Positions 48,906 through 61,877 of a DNA stretch of 63,749 nucleotides are shown here, in pieces. The first letter of the stretch is position 1, and each line of letters opens with the position of its first letter. Origin of the DNA: Octopus bimaculoides (taxonomy: Eukaryota); NCBI RefSeq assembly GCF_001194135.2, contig NC_068983.1, positions 154,582,549-154,646,297 of the forward strand. The letters run 5' to 3'. The notes below the pieces were generated by a model. It was not told the DNA's origin. It was given only the letters and a program-made list of their open reading frames with translations, and did no database searches. Made by a program: the position numbers and the translations under genes.

Positions 48906-49759
48906 TTTTATCAAACTTTCTGAATTGTCAGAAGCTTCCTATTTTCTCTTTTTACATGTATGTTTTGCATATCTAACCCATGCAATTTTATCTATTTATT
49001 TGTTTGTTTGCATCATTATTTCAACATCTGCTGGCCTGGATTCCTCTTATACCCACACTTTACCCCACGAACTTAGCCCTCGGTAAAGATTTCGGAGTAT
49101 AAGGTTAAATCATTTGAGCATTACTATGTGTTTTCTATATTGAGCATCTCTGGATCTCATTTGTTGATTCTTTAAGGAAAGCTATAAGCCAAAACGGGTC
49201 ACTCTTGTTTCCATTATGCTGTATCTTCAACACTGAAATTATAAAATTATCTAACAACATACAAGAAAAAAATATAATAATAGCATACAATCGCATTAAA
49301 ATATTCATTAAAGAAACACTGTAATGAAAGTTTTGCATTTAAATTGAATAAAGTTTGCATTTAAACTGAATATCATTGAAACAGATTGAGTACAATATTA
49401 ACCAAAAATAAGAGGCGCATTGCTACTGTGCCTATTCCTGCTCAGTGATGCCAAATTGAAAACAAAATTTGGGAGATGTTATGAAGATTAAGTAACATTG
49501 CTTGTTTCCTTGAGTGTTAGTAAACCAAAATATATGAAGTTTTAGACGTTTCACAAGAGGTACATTTACTTTTGTTCAGTCTATATATATATTGGTGAGT
49601 AGAATCGCTACCTTATTCAGCTACATACAATTTAAAGTTACTGATACATCCAAATAAATAAAGCTTGCCTTATCGAAACCTTTTTTTAAGAAGTAACGAA
49701 GACAGAAAAAAACTCTAGTATACGATGCACAAAGCTCGCCTATTCACATTAACAAAATT

Positions 49760-50058
49760 GGATTTCCATTTGATCCATTCAATAGAAAAGCCTGCTCGTG
49801 AAATTAGCGTGCAAGTGGCTGAGTACTCCACAGACACGCGTAGCCTTAATGTAGCTCTTACAGAAATTCAGCATGACACAGAATGTGACAAGGCTGGACT
49901 TAGGAAATTCAGGTATTACCCATTTCTGCCACCTGAGTGGACTGAAGCAACGTGAAATAAAGTGTCCTGCGCAAGGACACAACGCACGGCCTGGAATCGA
50001 ACTAATGACCTTACGATCGAACGCCAAATACCCTAACCACTAAACCACGCGCCTTCAC
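49760..50058 (-). mobile_element. SINE with D-type head/core and A-type 3' tail
   Basis: GCAACGTGAAATAAAGTGTC...CAAGGACACAACGC matches 19410-19445. GCCTGCTCGTGAAATTAGCGTGCAAGTGGCTGAG.ACTCCACAGACACG matches the SINE-A tail at 45390-45440. Confidence 0.8.
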
Positions 50059-51689
50059 TTAATCACAAAATGCCTCGGTCATTTAGTGCCTGTTAGACAT
50101 TTGGAATGAATTGGTCCGTTGGAACGGCCAACTGGTTAGAGAATAATAACATTCAAATGGCCTATATATTTTTTCAGGCCTAACAGCCATTATCTCAAGT
50201 TGCGTGGAATGACTGTAAGTTCGAAATTACAATGCAGTGGACTTGACTTCATTGTTCCCTCAAACTTAACATCTTAATTTCATTTCTTCTGGTTCAATAT
50301 TTAAAAAGAAATATTCCCTAATTTAATAAATTTTGTTGTATTAACAATGCTACAGGGATTTGAAACGTAAATTTATATTTAAAACTATCAGAACAGCTTT
50401 GCTTTCCACCAGAAAAATCTGATAAATATTTTTAGCCATTCATTTCAGCGTGTCAACAGCATACCACAAGGGAGTGGTCGTTTATAACAATCAATCTTCC
50501 TCCAGCGAATGGAATAAATGTAGTCCCACACCCATCAATACATATATTTTGTTAAACATTTCCAAGATGGAAACGAAAAGAAAAGAAAAACGGAAAATAT
50601 TGAAATAATTTGAAACAGTTGTAAGAAAGATCGAAATGAATAGTGAAATAGTTTAGACAGAGTCACTTACTTGACCCCATCATCCTATTTCTTTTTTTCT
50701 GAAACATCTATAAGAAAGAGGGAAAGAAAGAAGTTATTGGAAAGACTTTTATAAGAACGTTCGAAATAAACAAATAAATTCTAAAATACCTTATATCGAA
50801 AGTTATTAAAATATGAAAGAGAAACGAAAACATTATTGAAATAACATTTAAACATTTATAAACAAGATTGAAATATATAAATAATGAAAAAAAATTATGA
50901 AAAGAAAAAGAAAAATTATTGATATAACTTCGAAACATCAAAATATAAAATATTGAAATGTGAAAATTTTTTGATTTGCTCTCTCAAATTACAATTGCTT
51001 TAATCCAAAGATAAAATAATTGCTAAAAGTAAAATCAAATATATTTTGAAGACAGCATAAGTTAAACCGGAAGCGGGGGTCGGATGTGAAAAATACACGA
51101 AATTAGGTTTAAAACGGAGACAGAATATAAGAGAGAAGGAAATTAACGTAGTTATTGAGAGGTATAAGTTTGAAGTAAAGATGGTGTTTTTCTTAGAATT
51201 GTAAAGATTTTATTGTCATTTTAGATTGATCTTACATCTATGTATAATTTTAGTTACATGTATAGATATTTTTTAACATCATTATAATAGGATACGGGTG
51301 CATACTTCAGTCTAGCACGGTGCTTTATGCAGGAAAGGGAACGCTTCTTGGCGTTAATGACAACGTTTCTGAGAGCGCTTGTATCGTCGCTGCTTCTCCC
51401 GAAATGAGCATAATTCTTGTTAGTTAATAAGTCGTAAAGCAACAGTAACATTTAGCCTAGTTTATAGATTGTTGTTGTAGTAGTATTCTGGGATATTGCA
51501 TATGTGCCTGTTTTTTTTTTTATAGTGGTAGTTTTTCAAGTAGTAACAGGTACTGAAGGCTGAATTACGCTTCGGTGACAAATTGTAATCCTTGCATGTT
51601 CAGTGATCTTTCATTTTAAGTATTTTTCTTTCATAGTGTAGGTGGTCTGTGCTTGCTGACTGTGTGCAACCTAATTATTATGCGTAGTA

Positions 51690-52800
51690 CGGTAGTTAAA
51701 GCTGATTGCAGTGTCTATTGAAGTTTGTTGTAGGAAACTGGAGAAACTCAGGCAGAACTGTAATAGATCTGACGTATCCATAATGGATCTGATGTATTCT
51801 TTTGTAAATCTTAAAAACTATAGTTCTTTTCTCCATCTGGTCAGGTCATACGTGTGATTACTCTAATCATATTTGTGTGTCGTTTTGCTTTCTCTTTTAT
51901 GTGTTTTATCTGTGTTGCAAACGTTGTGGAACTGCGAGTACTTTTCTCTTCTGTGTGCATGATATTTTTATGTTCTTAATAGTGACTTTTGCCTGATTTT
52001 GATGGCTTCTGATGTTTCTAGAATGAAAAGATACAGATTTGGTAGGCGCTACTTTAAATGTTGTTGTGGAGAATAGTGGGATGAGGTTGAAGCCCTATGC
52101 GTAAGAAGCTGTATACTTTTCTGTAAGTGTAAGCATGTCATATAAGTATAAGGCCGAAAATAATGGATGCGAGGAAGAATCCTTGCAGTACTCTATCGGG
52201 AAGTTACGTGTCCTTAAAGTGTTGTTCTTGTACTTAAGCTTGGCTTTAGCTTGATATTTAGTGCTTATGCATCTTCGTAACGTAGTTTTGAGATTTTAGT
52301 GAGGAATAAACCCGTAAACATTGCTGAAGTAAAGTAGCTAAAATAAAGCATTTCTTCTTGAAACTATCGTATTTTCTGTTAATTTTTGAACAGTATAATG
52401 AATGAGTGCCTTGATTTGGAGAGAAGAATTTAAGTGAGTTTCTGTCCTCAAAATTTAACCTTTCTAGAATATTTGAGGGTGTTCAATGGAGGGTGATGGG
52501 TCTGGGTTACTTCAATGGAGTTTGGGACTGGCCTTTAGAATTGTTATAATTTTACCCAGCCTCAGGTGTTTGGTGATTTGACAGTTTTGATATGATTTTC
52601 ACTGTAAATTCCGAGCGCATTGATTCATTCGATGTATAAATATTTTAGATGCATGTTTACGATTTCGTCCGAGACTGAAATTTCGGTATTGCCATTGTTT
52701 TTGAAGCGTCTAATCAAATAACGAAGTGAAGATCATGGTGGAGTGAAAGTTGCACATTTTTCGTTTTGAACTCCTGTCTTCATTGTTCAGTTTTGGAGAG
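51690..52800 (-). mobile_element. I/Jockey-group LINE reverse-transcriptase remnant
   Basis: Ordered degenerate motifs: DEIVNMHLKYL, LGKIITILK, RPITL..PSNILERL, KSRHS, RTRNFP.RVLQGFFLASIIFGL, SYA*G (YADD position), IKHIKEKAKRHTNMIR, EYIRSIMD. Confidence 0.8.
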
Positions 52801-54169
52801 TGATTTTCTAATAGATATGTTTATTTGGTGTTTCAATGTGACTGTGTAATTTGATGCTGTCATAAAGGTATGGAGTACGGTATAACTGTTGTTATTGTGG
52901 TTGAAGATAATCACGACAGTGCTAATTACTTTACATACGTATTTGGATTTAGTTTTATGGTTTATTTAAGACAAATGATTTACACTTTCCTGCTTTTCTA
53001 AGATATCTTTTAATGTTATTTCCTTGTTTAGTAGTTTGACGCTTTTATTTATGTATTCATTTATTTATTTGTGTATTGATTTATTTATTTATTTTGCGTG
53101 GCTTTGGTTGTACTGTGTTTGAAGTTTACCTTGGCTTTTATGAGGTTGGCTATTTCTGGGGTTTCATAATTGGAATTCTACAGTTTATGTTGCCTTATGA
53201 CATATTTTTGTAAATGCGTCTATTATAATTTTGTCGAATTTACGTGCTGCAGTATTTATGTTTGTGACTGGGGTACTACTGAATTTTTTTCAAACCCTAA
53301 TTCTGCTCTTCCAAGAACTCGTTCTGTTGTGCTTTTGAAGTTTGGTAAAGTAGGGATTTGGGGGGAGGAGGGGGGTATTGTTTTTATTTTACTTTCTTCA
53401 TTGATTTGTGATAATTCATAGGTAGTCTGCAGTAAATTGGGGAATCGTTTGCCATGTGAATGTAAAAGCTTTGTGTATGGAGCGGAAGGTGGTGTCTGGA
53501 GGAAGAGCTGTTACCGACCGGTTGCTGAGATACGCATGTGTGTACGTGTGCNNNNNNNNNNNNNNNNNNNNNNNNNNNNNNNNNNNNNNNNNNNNNNNNN
53601 NNNNNNNNNNNNNNNNNNNNNNNNNNNNNNNNNNNNNNNNNNNNNNNNNNNNNNNNNNNNNNNNNNNNNNNNNNNNNNNNNNNNNNNNNNNNNNNNNNNN
53701 NNNNNNNNNNNNNNNNNNNNNNNNNNNNNNNNNNNNNNNNNNNNNNNNNNNNNNNNNNNNNNNNNNNNNNNNNNNNNNNNNNNNNNNNNNNNNNNNNNNN
53801 NNNNNNNNNNNNNNNNNNNNNNNNNNNNNNNNNNNNNNNNNNNNNNNNNNNNNNNNNNNNNNNNNNNNNNNNNNNNNNNNNNNNNNNNNNNNNNNNNNNN
53901 NNNNNNNNNNNNNNNNNNNNNNNNNNNNNNNNNNNNNNNNNNNNNNNNNNNNNNNNNNNNNNNNNNTATATGGGTATGCGCATGTGTGTGTGCATTTGTG
54001 TGTGAATATATCTGTGCATATCAATATATATATTTGAAGATGTGTGTGTGTATTTTTGTGTGTATGCATGCATAAAGCTTTTAATTATTTAAAAAAGATC
54101 TGTTTAAAAAGCAATGTTAAAAACCTTTGCGACAGAAGTTTTCGTATAGTATACATTTTGAGTGTAAAC

Positions 54170-54450
54170 GCTTTCGTTCTTCAGCTTTTCAAACTCACGT
54201 AATCTGGACTGACTAACACCCAAACACTCTGAAATATTCGTGTTGGAGCTTCCGACGCGAATGCCAAGTAGCACAGTATGTCGTTTCTAAATTTCTGACA
54301 GAGTGAATTGCGCCATGGTGCTGTTTTTCTCACATACAGTACCGAACAGACTCTACAGTATTGTGTAGACGATAAAATCAAATTTAATCAATGTGCATAT
54401 GCGTGAAGTTAAAAATATAAAATAACGACAATTCACCCATCGCACCCTGT
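54170..54450 (-). mobile_element. Tc1/mariner 5' end (TIR-like sequence plus transposase N-terminus)
   Basis: ACAGGGTGCGATGGGTGAATTGTCG (reverse complement of 54426-54450) is a mariner-type terminus. Downstream MAQFTLSEI*KRHTVLLGIRVGSSNTNISECLGVS is an HTH-like N-terminus. Confidence 0.5.
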
Positions 54451-54984
54451 GTGGTGGGGTGTATTATTTAATAAACACAGTATATATTCTTATGAGCAAT
54501 TAATAGTTTCATGGGATGATAAACAACTCAGGTAGCATTTAATAACACGTATGGTGTCTTCATGCAATCCTCGGACACTGCCTATGTGGCATAATAAGCT
54601 TAAACAGGATATTATGATGAGAGAAATACGACAAAAGGTGACGTGGAAATATATGTAAAAGATGGAAGGTTAAAAACACCGGAAAATGAAATAAAAACAG
54701 AAAAAAGAAAAAGAGAGGTAGGGGAAAATAGTTATGTTCTCTTCACCGTAACGTCATGAGGCTCAAAGGATAGGGTCCTAGAATCTGCAGTACAGCTGCT
54801 CAATCTGGAGAGGGTCGTAATTTCAAGTTCGCTAACTGGAACTTATCTATATCTTTACATCCGCTGAAAATTTCAGGGACTTGCATGAAAGCACCAGGCA
54901 TGTTATTAAATGCTCACCAGATGGAGTACTTTTTTGGTGTTCTTACCCTCACAGAACAGTACACATAATACATACATATATATA

Positions 54985-55360
54985 TATTCTTTTATTCATT
55001 TATTCCTTTATTTGTTTCAGTCATTTGACTGTGGCCATGCTGGAGCATCACCTTCAGTCAAACAAATTGACCCCCAGGACTTACTCTTTGTAAGCCTGGT
55101 ACTTATTCTATCGGTCTCTTCTGCCGAACTGTTAAGTTACTGTGACGTAAACACCAACAGTTGTCAAGCAATGGGGGAGGGACAAACACAGACTCACACA
55201 TAAATATATACGACGGGCTTCTTCCAGTTTCCGTCTTCCAAATCCACTCACAAGGCTTTGGTCGGCCCGAGTCTGCAGTAGAAGATGCTTGCCCAAGGTG
55301 CTACGCAGTGGAAGTGAACCCGGATCCGTGTGATCGGGAAGCTAGCTTCTTACCAAACGT
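54985..55360 (-). mobile_element. SINE-C, near full length
   Basis: Head GGTAAGAAGCTAGCTT...GGGTTCACTTCCACTGCGTAGCACCTTGGGCAAG, core ...GAAGCCCGTCGTATAT, a short TG tract, then the 3' half shared with 11795-12030. Confidence 0.85.
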
Positions 55361-55870
55361 GTCTTCCTTAGTCATTGAGTAATATTATTGGATGTGAAGA
55401 TTTGTGTGCATGTTTTTTATAAAAGGGTTACTTTTGCAGAAATTTAAGGGCTTGTTTTGTTAAGAGTGTGAAGAACAAGGGCAAATGTTTAGGGTATCGA
55501 ACTAACGATCTTGCGACAGTGGTTTCGATTCCCAGTCTGCGCGGTTTATTGTGTTCTTTAGAAAAAATATGTTATTTCACGTTACCCCAGATGAGTCAGC
55601 TATAACCGAGTAACCTTGCTAGGAAATGCTGTCCTGTTCGGGGGCGGGGTATGTTGTGATTTCTGTCACTTATACACCACAGAAACCAAGTAACAGGTCC
55701 TATGGACCTTAAAAGATGAGACAGTAATGTCTGCTTGTACAGAATTATAGACCTGTCTGCTTTCCGGTGTTGTATACGTAACGTGATAAACATCGTTCGA
55801 CCAGCTTTCTCAAACTATGGCCATCTTGTCTTTTCTGACATATTATATTAAGTATTCGTTATAAATTATG

Positions 55871-56116
55871 GCGGAGGCGCAATGGCCCAGTGGTTAGGGC
55901 AGCGGACTCGTGGTCATAGGATCGCGGTTTCGATTCCCAGACCGGGCGTTGTGAGTGTTTATTGAGTGAAAACACCTAAAAGCTCCACGAGGCTCCGGCA
56001 GAGAATGGTGGCGAACCCTGCTGTACTCTTTCACCACAACTTTCTCTTACTTCCTGTTTCTGTTGTGTCTGTAATTCAAAGGGTCAGCCTTGTCACACTG
56101 TGTCACGCTGAACATC
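55871..56116 (+). mobile_element. SINE-A 5' part (runs into gap)
   Basis: GGCGGAGGCGCAATGGCCCAGTGGTTAGGGCAGCGGACTC... Confidence 0.9.
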
Positions 56117-56970
56117 NNNNNNNNNNNNNNNNNNNNNNNNNNNNNNNNNNNNNNNNNNNNNNNNNNNNNNNNNNNNNNNNNNNNNNNNNNNNNNNNNNNN
56201 NNNNNNNNNNNNNNNNNNNNNNNNNNNNNNNNNNNNNNNNNNNNNNNNNNNNNNNNNNNNNNNNNNNNNNNNNNNNNNNNNNNNNNNNNNNNNNNNNNNN
56301 NNNNNNNNNNNNNNNNNNNNNNNNNNNNNNNNNNNNNNNNNNNNNNNNNNNNNNNNNNNNNNNNNNNNNNNNNNNNNNNNNNNNNNNNNNNNNNNNNNNN
56401 NNNNNNNNNNNNNNNNNNNNNNNNNNNNNNNNNNNNNNNNNNNNNNNNNNNNNNNNNNNNNNNNNNNNNNNNNNNNNNNNNNNNNNNNNNNNNNNNNNNN
56501 NNNNNNNNNNNNNNNNNNNNNNNNNNNNNNNNNNNNNNNNNNNNNNNNNNNNNNNNNNNNNNNNNNNNNNNNNNNNNNNNNNNNNNNNNNNNNNNNNNNN
56601 NNNNNNNNNNNNNNNNNNNNNNNNNNNNNNNNNNNNNNNNNNNNNNNNNNNNNNNNNNNNNNNNNNNNNNNNNNNNNNNNNNNNNNNNNNNNNNNNNNNN
56701 NNNNNNNNNNNNNNNNNNNNNNNNNNNNNNNNNNNNNNNNNNNNNNNNNNNNNNNNNNNNNNNNNNNNNNNNNNNNNNNNNNNNNNNNNNNNNNNNNNNN
56801 NNNNNNNNNNNNNNNNNNNNNNNNNNNNNNNNNNNNNNNNNNNNNNNNNNNNNNNNNNNNNNNNNNNNNNNNNNNNNNNNNNNNNNNNNNNNNNNNNNNN
56901 NNNNNNNNNNNNNNNNNNNNNNNNNNNNNNNNNNNNNNNNNNNNNNNNNNNNNNNNNNNNNNNNNNNNNN

Positions 56971-57151
56971 GAGTGAGAGAAATTTGGGGCGAAAGAGTAA
57001 AACAGGGATCGCCACCACTCCCTGTCGGAGCCTCGTGGAGCTTTAGGTGTTTTCGCTCAATAAACACACACAACACTCAGTCTGGGAATCGAAACCATGA
57101 TCCTCCGACTGCGAGTCCACTGCCCTAACCACTGGGCCATTGCGCATCCAC
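56971..57151 (-). mobile_element. SINE-A 5' part (emerges from gap)
   Basis: Reverse complement of the SINE-A head, with substitutions not shared with 55871-56116. Confidence 0.88.
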
Positions 57152-57164
57152 TGGTATGATAATA

Positions 57165-57357
57165 ACCCTGATAATAAAAAATGCCATGTTTCCATGTCGA
57201 TTACAGCAACCCCCAGTCCTCAATTACTACTTATTTTATCGACCCTGAGAGAGTCGAAAGTCGGCCTCGGCGGAATTTTAACTCAGAACGTACAGAAAGA
57301 CAAAATGCCGCTAAGCATTTTGCCCGGCATAGTAATGATTCTGCCTGCTCACCACCT
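57165..57357 (-). mobile_element. SINE-B copy
   Basis: GTCGATTACAGCAACCCCAG...TTATCGACCCTGAGAG...CTCGGCGGAATTTTAACTCAGAACG...GATTCTGCCTGCTCACCACCT. Confidence 0.8.
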
Positions 57358-58939
57358 TATATTGTATTATGCATTAATTTATTCTCTATGTTTAAACATT
57401 TTAAAGACGGCAGGGTAATATTTGAGCAAGATTTGCTTATAATTTATTACAGGTCAAGCAACCACGGAGACAGTATCTCGCTCGCTTGTATTTTACTTGT
57501 TTAGGTGCTTCGAAATTACATGCTAAAACAATGAGTGATTAATTATCTTATATTGACTATATTCACTGCATACAAGTGCGTTTCTGTGTGCATGTGTATA
57601 TATGTATGAGTGTGCACGTGCATGTGTAGGTTTATGTGCATCCCTCTTTAAACAACTTTTAATTATTCATTGTGCGTAATTTTGTAATTACACTTTCTAT
57701 CATTTTGTTCTAGTTGCCCCTAATATTTTCAGTTTTAATGAAAAGCATTTCCAACAGTAACAAAAGGAAATACTGTTGGAGCAAATATATAACTTTCAAT
57801 AAATACTCACACGAATAAACATTCGCACACGTATATATACGTGTATATATATATATATATATATATATATNNNNNNNNNNNNNNNNNNNNNNNNNNNNNN
57901 NNNNNNNNNNNNNNNNNNNNNNNNNNNNNNNNNNNNNNNNNNNNNNNNNNNNNNNNNNNNNNNNNNNNNNNNNNNNNNNNNNNNNNNNNNNNNNNNNNNN
58001 NNNNNNNNNNNNNNNNNNNNNNNNNNNNNNNNNNNNNNNNNNNNNNNNNNNNNNNNNNNNNNNNNNNNNNNNNNNNNNNNNNNNNNNNNNNNNNNNNNNN
58101 NNNNNNNNNNNNNNNNNNNNNNNNNNNNNNNNNNNNNNNNNNNNNNNNNNNNNNNNNNNNNNNNNNNNNNNNNNNNNNNNNNNNNNNNNNNNNNNNNNNN
58201 NNNNNNNNNNNNNNNNNNNNNNNNNNNNNNNNNNNNNNNNNNNNNNNNNNNNNNNNNNNNNNNNNNNNNNNNNNNNNNNNNNNNNNNNNNNNNNNNNNNN
58301 NNNNNNNNNNNNNNNNNNNNNNNNNNNNNNNNNNNNNNNNNNNNNNNNNNNNNNNNNNNNNNNNNNNNNNNNNNNNNNNNNNNNNNNNNNNNNNNNNNNN
58401 NNNNNNNNNNNNNNNNNNNNNNNNNNNNNNNNNNNNNNNNNNNNNNNNNNNNNNNNNNNNNNNTATATATAAGCACTCATATCCATACATACATCCATAT
58501 ATAAAGAAGAAAAAATATATTTAAATATGAATACAAATCGTGACAAACACGTACACAGACACAGACAGAGACACACATACAGAGTCAGACATAGTCATGC
58601 AAAAATATACAGAATCATGAATACATTTTTAATATAAAATCATATATGAATGTCACACATCATGATGAATACGATTTCTTACACACATGCACGAGAACAT
58701 CCAAATATATATACACACATCTGGATAAACAACGAATACATATGTATAATGATAGACTGGAATACATTCAAATACAGCACAAATTTCACACGCATACACA
58801 CGCATGCGAATTCGTTCAAATATACAAATATTTCGAGATATGAAGTCTCTCAAAAAAGACACGAAGACATGCACATATATAAACATGTATGTCACACACA
58901 CCTACAATTCCTACACACACACACGCATACACACACACG

Positions 58940-58982
<43 letters not shown>

Positions 58983-59539
58983 GCGCATATATATGTATAT
59001 GTACATAAACATACAGCCGTATACGCTCTCACACTTCTAAATTTATCTCATTTTTCTGAAGACATACGCATTATGAATACACGTATACACACGCTCGCAT
59101 TAATATAAACACTCTCTGAAACTATCTCTCCCTCTCTTTCCTTCTCTATCTCTCTCTCTACCTTCTCTCTCTCTCTCTCTCTCTCTCTCCTTTGCATCTC
59201 TCTCCCTGCTTCTCTGTATCTTTGTCGTTTTCTCCTATACACATACATACACACTAATTATACACATTAGCTAATAAAAATGGAACCGATAAAAAATTCA
59301 TTTAAATTATTTTAAAGATTTTCCGGGTTTTTTTTAATTACTTTCGATGTAATTAATTTTTAAATATTGCTTCTCTATTAAACATTGTGAAAATGAACAT
59401 TATTATTTCGTAGCAAAAACAAAAAGTCAAAATTGATATTGATTTCTTAATTACGCATGGGGCACAAATATTCGAACGTGGGAGGATGTAGGATTATCTA
59501 GACCACAGTATATCACTAGTATAATTTCAAACCAGTAAA

Positions 59540-59735
59540 AGGCAGCGAGCTGACAGAATCGCTAACGTGCTAGGACAAAATGCTTAGCAGCATGTCCTGA
59601 GCTCAAATCCCACCGCGGTCAGCTTTACATTCATCTTTTCGTGATCGATAAAATACATTCTCAGTCAAGTGCTAGGGTCGATGTAATCGACTTCCTGCAC
59701 CCTTCTAATTATCTTGGTTCTTGTGCCAAACTAAG
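59540..59735 (+). mobile_element. Degenerate SINE-B copy
   Basis: AAGGCAGCGAGCTGACAGAATCGCTAAC...GAGCTCAAATCCC...TTCATCTTTTCGTGATCGATAAAAT...GGGTCGATGTAATCGACT. Confidence 0.75.
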
Positions 59736-60226
59736 AAACAATTATTCAGAGCCAATAAGGAACCCACCATGCAGGTATTCGACCCACTAGATTTATCTCC
59801 CACAATTACACTCTTCAGTCGCGAAAAGAAAATGACAGATGAGATAATGCATCCCAAAACATTTAACCACTTAATCAGGGATAGAAAAGCAGCGTTTATG
59901 TTTCTTTTATATATTTTAAGGCTTCCATGACTTGTAAGAAGTAAGGAGGAAGTATCCACAAATAGCAGACCTAACACGAATGCTTGTGTTAGGTTGAACT
60001 TCACTAAAAGCACCCGAGAACCAATGGGTGGTCTAAGACATTTCACTGCGAAACTAAATTTCATGGTTGTTCCAGTAATGATGTTAAATATCTACCAATA
60101 TTATAGAATTTGAAATTTCAGTATGTCACGTTGCCTCAGTAAACTTGACATATCACTAGACAAAATAGTTTCAGATATGAGATTTCTCAACAAAAGATAG
60201 ATTTATATACAAAATTGTTTTCTGCA

Positions 60227-60421
60227 ATTTTAGGTTATGAAATTTGAGAGGATATTTCTTTCTGCAGTAAAATGGTTTGTCAGGGAATGAATTAAATTGC
60301 CGCCTAAGAATTCGGAATGCAGACCACCAGAATGGGGAATTTCGTCCAATATTCTCACAGTTCCACCGATCTACCGCCCTGGATTAGTAGTTTATTTTAT
60401 TAACTCTGAAATGAAAAGCAA
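60227..60421. repeat. 195-bp direct repeat, copy 1
   Basis: Identical by eye to 61503-61697 (offset 1276). Confidence 0.92.
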
Positions 60422-60452
60422 AGTTGTTTTCGGCAGAATTTAAATTGAGACT

Positions 60453-60578
60453 GCAGATAGCTAGATCAAATGAGCAGATAGCTAGATCAAATGAGCAGAT
60501 AGCTAGATCAAATGAGCAGATAGCTAGATCAAATGAGCAGATAGCTAGATCAAATGAGCAGATAGCCAGATGAAATGC
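60453..60578. repeat. 21-bp minisatellite, five perfect units plus one diverged
   Basis: Unit GCAGATAGCTAGATCAAATGA. Confidence 0.96.
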
Positions 60579-61007
60579 TACCAGGAATTTTCTCGTATGA
60601 ACTTAAGATTCTACTAATTATCACCAAGATACACGATATATGAAAAACAAAGAGGTAGTCACCGAAAGGCTCCGCAATGGTGATTCCAGGAGAAAAACGG
60701 ATCTGGTTTCTGAAATTTGCGTCACAGGGAGAAGGCTTTTTGGTTCTTAATGACCACAATACAAAGTTTCAACGATAAATAACTCAACTTTCAGATAATT
60801 AACATTGAATGTATTTAGAAGCCGCCATTTTTAACTCACGATTACCTAAGTGTGTGCTCGTGTGTATATGTATGGGGCGCGTCTTATAACTGCTATCTTT
60901 TTTTTGCCTTTCACGCTTTTCTCCGCTCTATATATACCACACACTCTCTCATTCCCTCACTTTCTGTCTTTCTATCTCCCTATCTCTCCCTCTTTCTATG
61001 TGTGTGT

Positions 61008-61043
<36 letters not shown>

Positions 61044-61502
61044 CTCTCACGCCTGCTACTCCCTCCCCCTCTCTCTTCATATCACATGCAATCACAGGGG
61101 ACGAGAGGACGATATGCGTATGTGCGTTGCGGCTATTTATGTACCTCTCTCTATCAGACTCTGTCCTTTATGCTTTTCTCATTGTAAACTTTACTCCTCT
61201 CTATACATGTTTACCACACTCTCTCTCAACCTCTCTCAGTATATGTATATCATCTCGGTGTGCGTATGCTTGCATATGTGTGTTTGTATGTGTCAGTATG
61301 TACTCATGTATGTGTGTGTATATGCATGTGTGTGCATATGCATGTGTGCCAGTACTCATGTGCGTGTGTATATGTATGCGTCTACGAGCGTGTGTGTGCT
61401 TGTATATATGTATAGAAAGTAGCCTTCTACAAACAACTTCAACGACAATTGTGTCCATTACTGGTACACCATTCGGAAATAAGCGGTCAGAATTTACTTT
61501 CC

Positions 61503-61697
61503 ATTTTAGGTTATGAAATTTGAGAGGATATTTCTTTCTGCAGTAAAATGGTTTGTCAGGGAATGAATTAAATTGCCGCCTAAGAATTCGGAATGCAGAC
61601 CACCAGAATGGGGAATTTCGTCCAATATTCTCACAGTTCCACCGATCTACCGCCCTGGATTAGTAGTTTATTTTATTAACTCTGAAATGAAAAGCAA
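61503..61697. repeat. 195-bp direct repeat, copy 2
   Basis: Identical by eye to 60227-60421. Confidence 0.92.
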
Positions 61698-61877
61698 CTT
61701 AATAATTCATCCTTATTGGTCAAATGGATTAACTATCTTAATTTCGAAGCGTCCTCACTGTAAGAAACCCAAGCATTGTAATGGAGAGAGGATGAAGGAT
61801 TGTAATTGGGCAGGGTGGATGAGGTACAAATAGCGAGTCTTCTCACAGAAATTTAGAATGAATTCGTGTATACATCT

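Noticed and set aside
59721-59930. ORF with LFS...TDEI resembling a piggyBac N-terminal motif
   Set aside because: A single weak motif with no supporting catalytic residues or TTAA-flanked TIRs.
60453-60578. Possible CRISPR-like array
   Set aside because: Head-to-tail 21-bp units with no spacers, in eukaryotic DNA with no cas genes.
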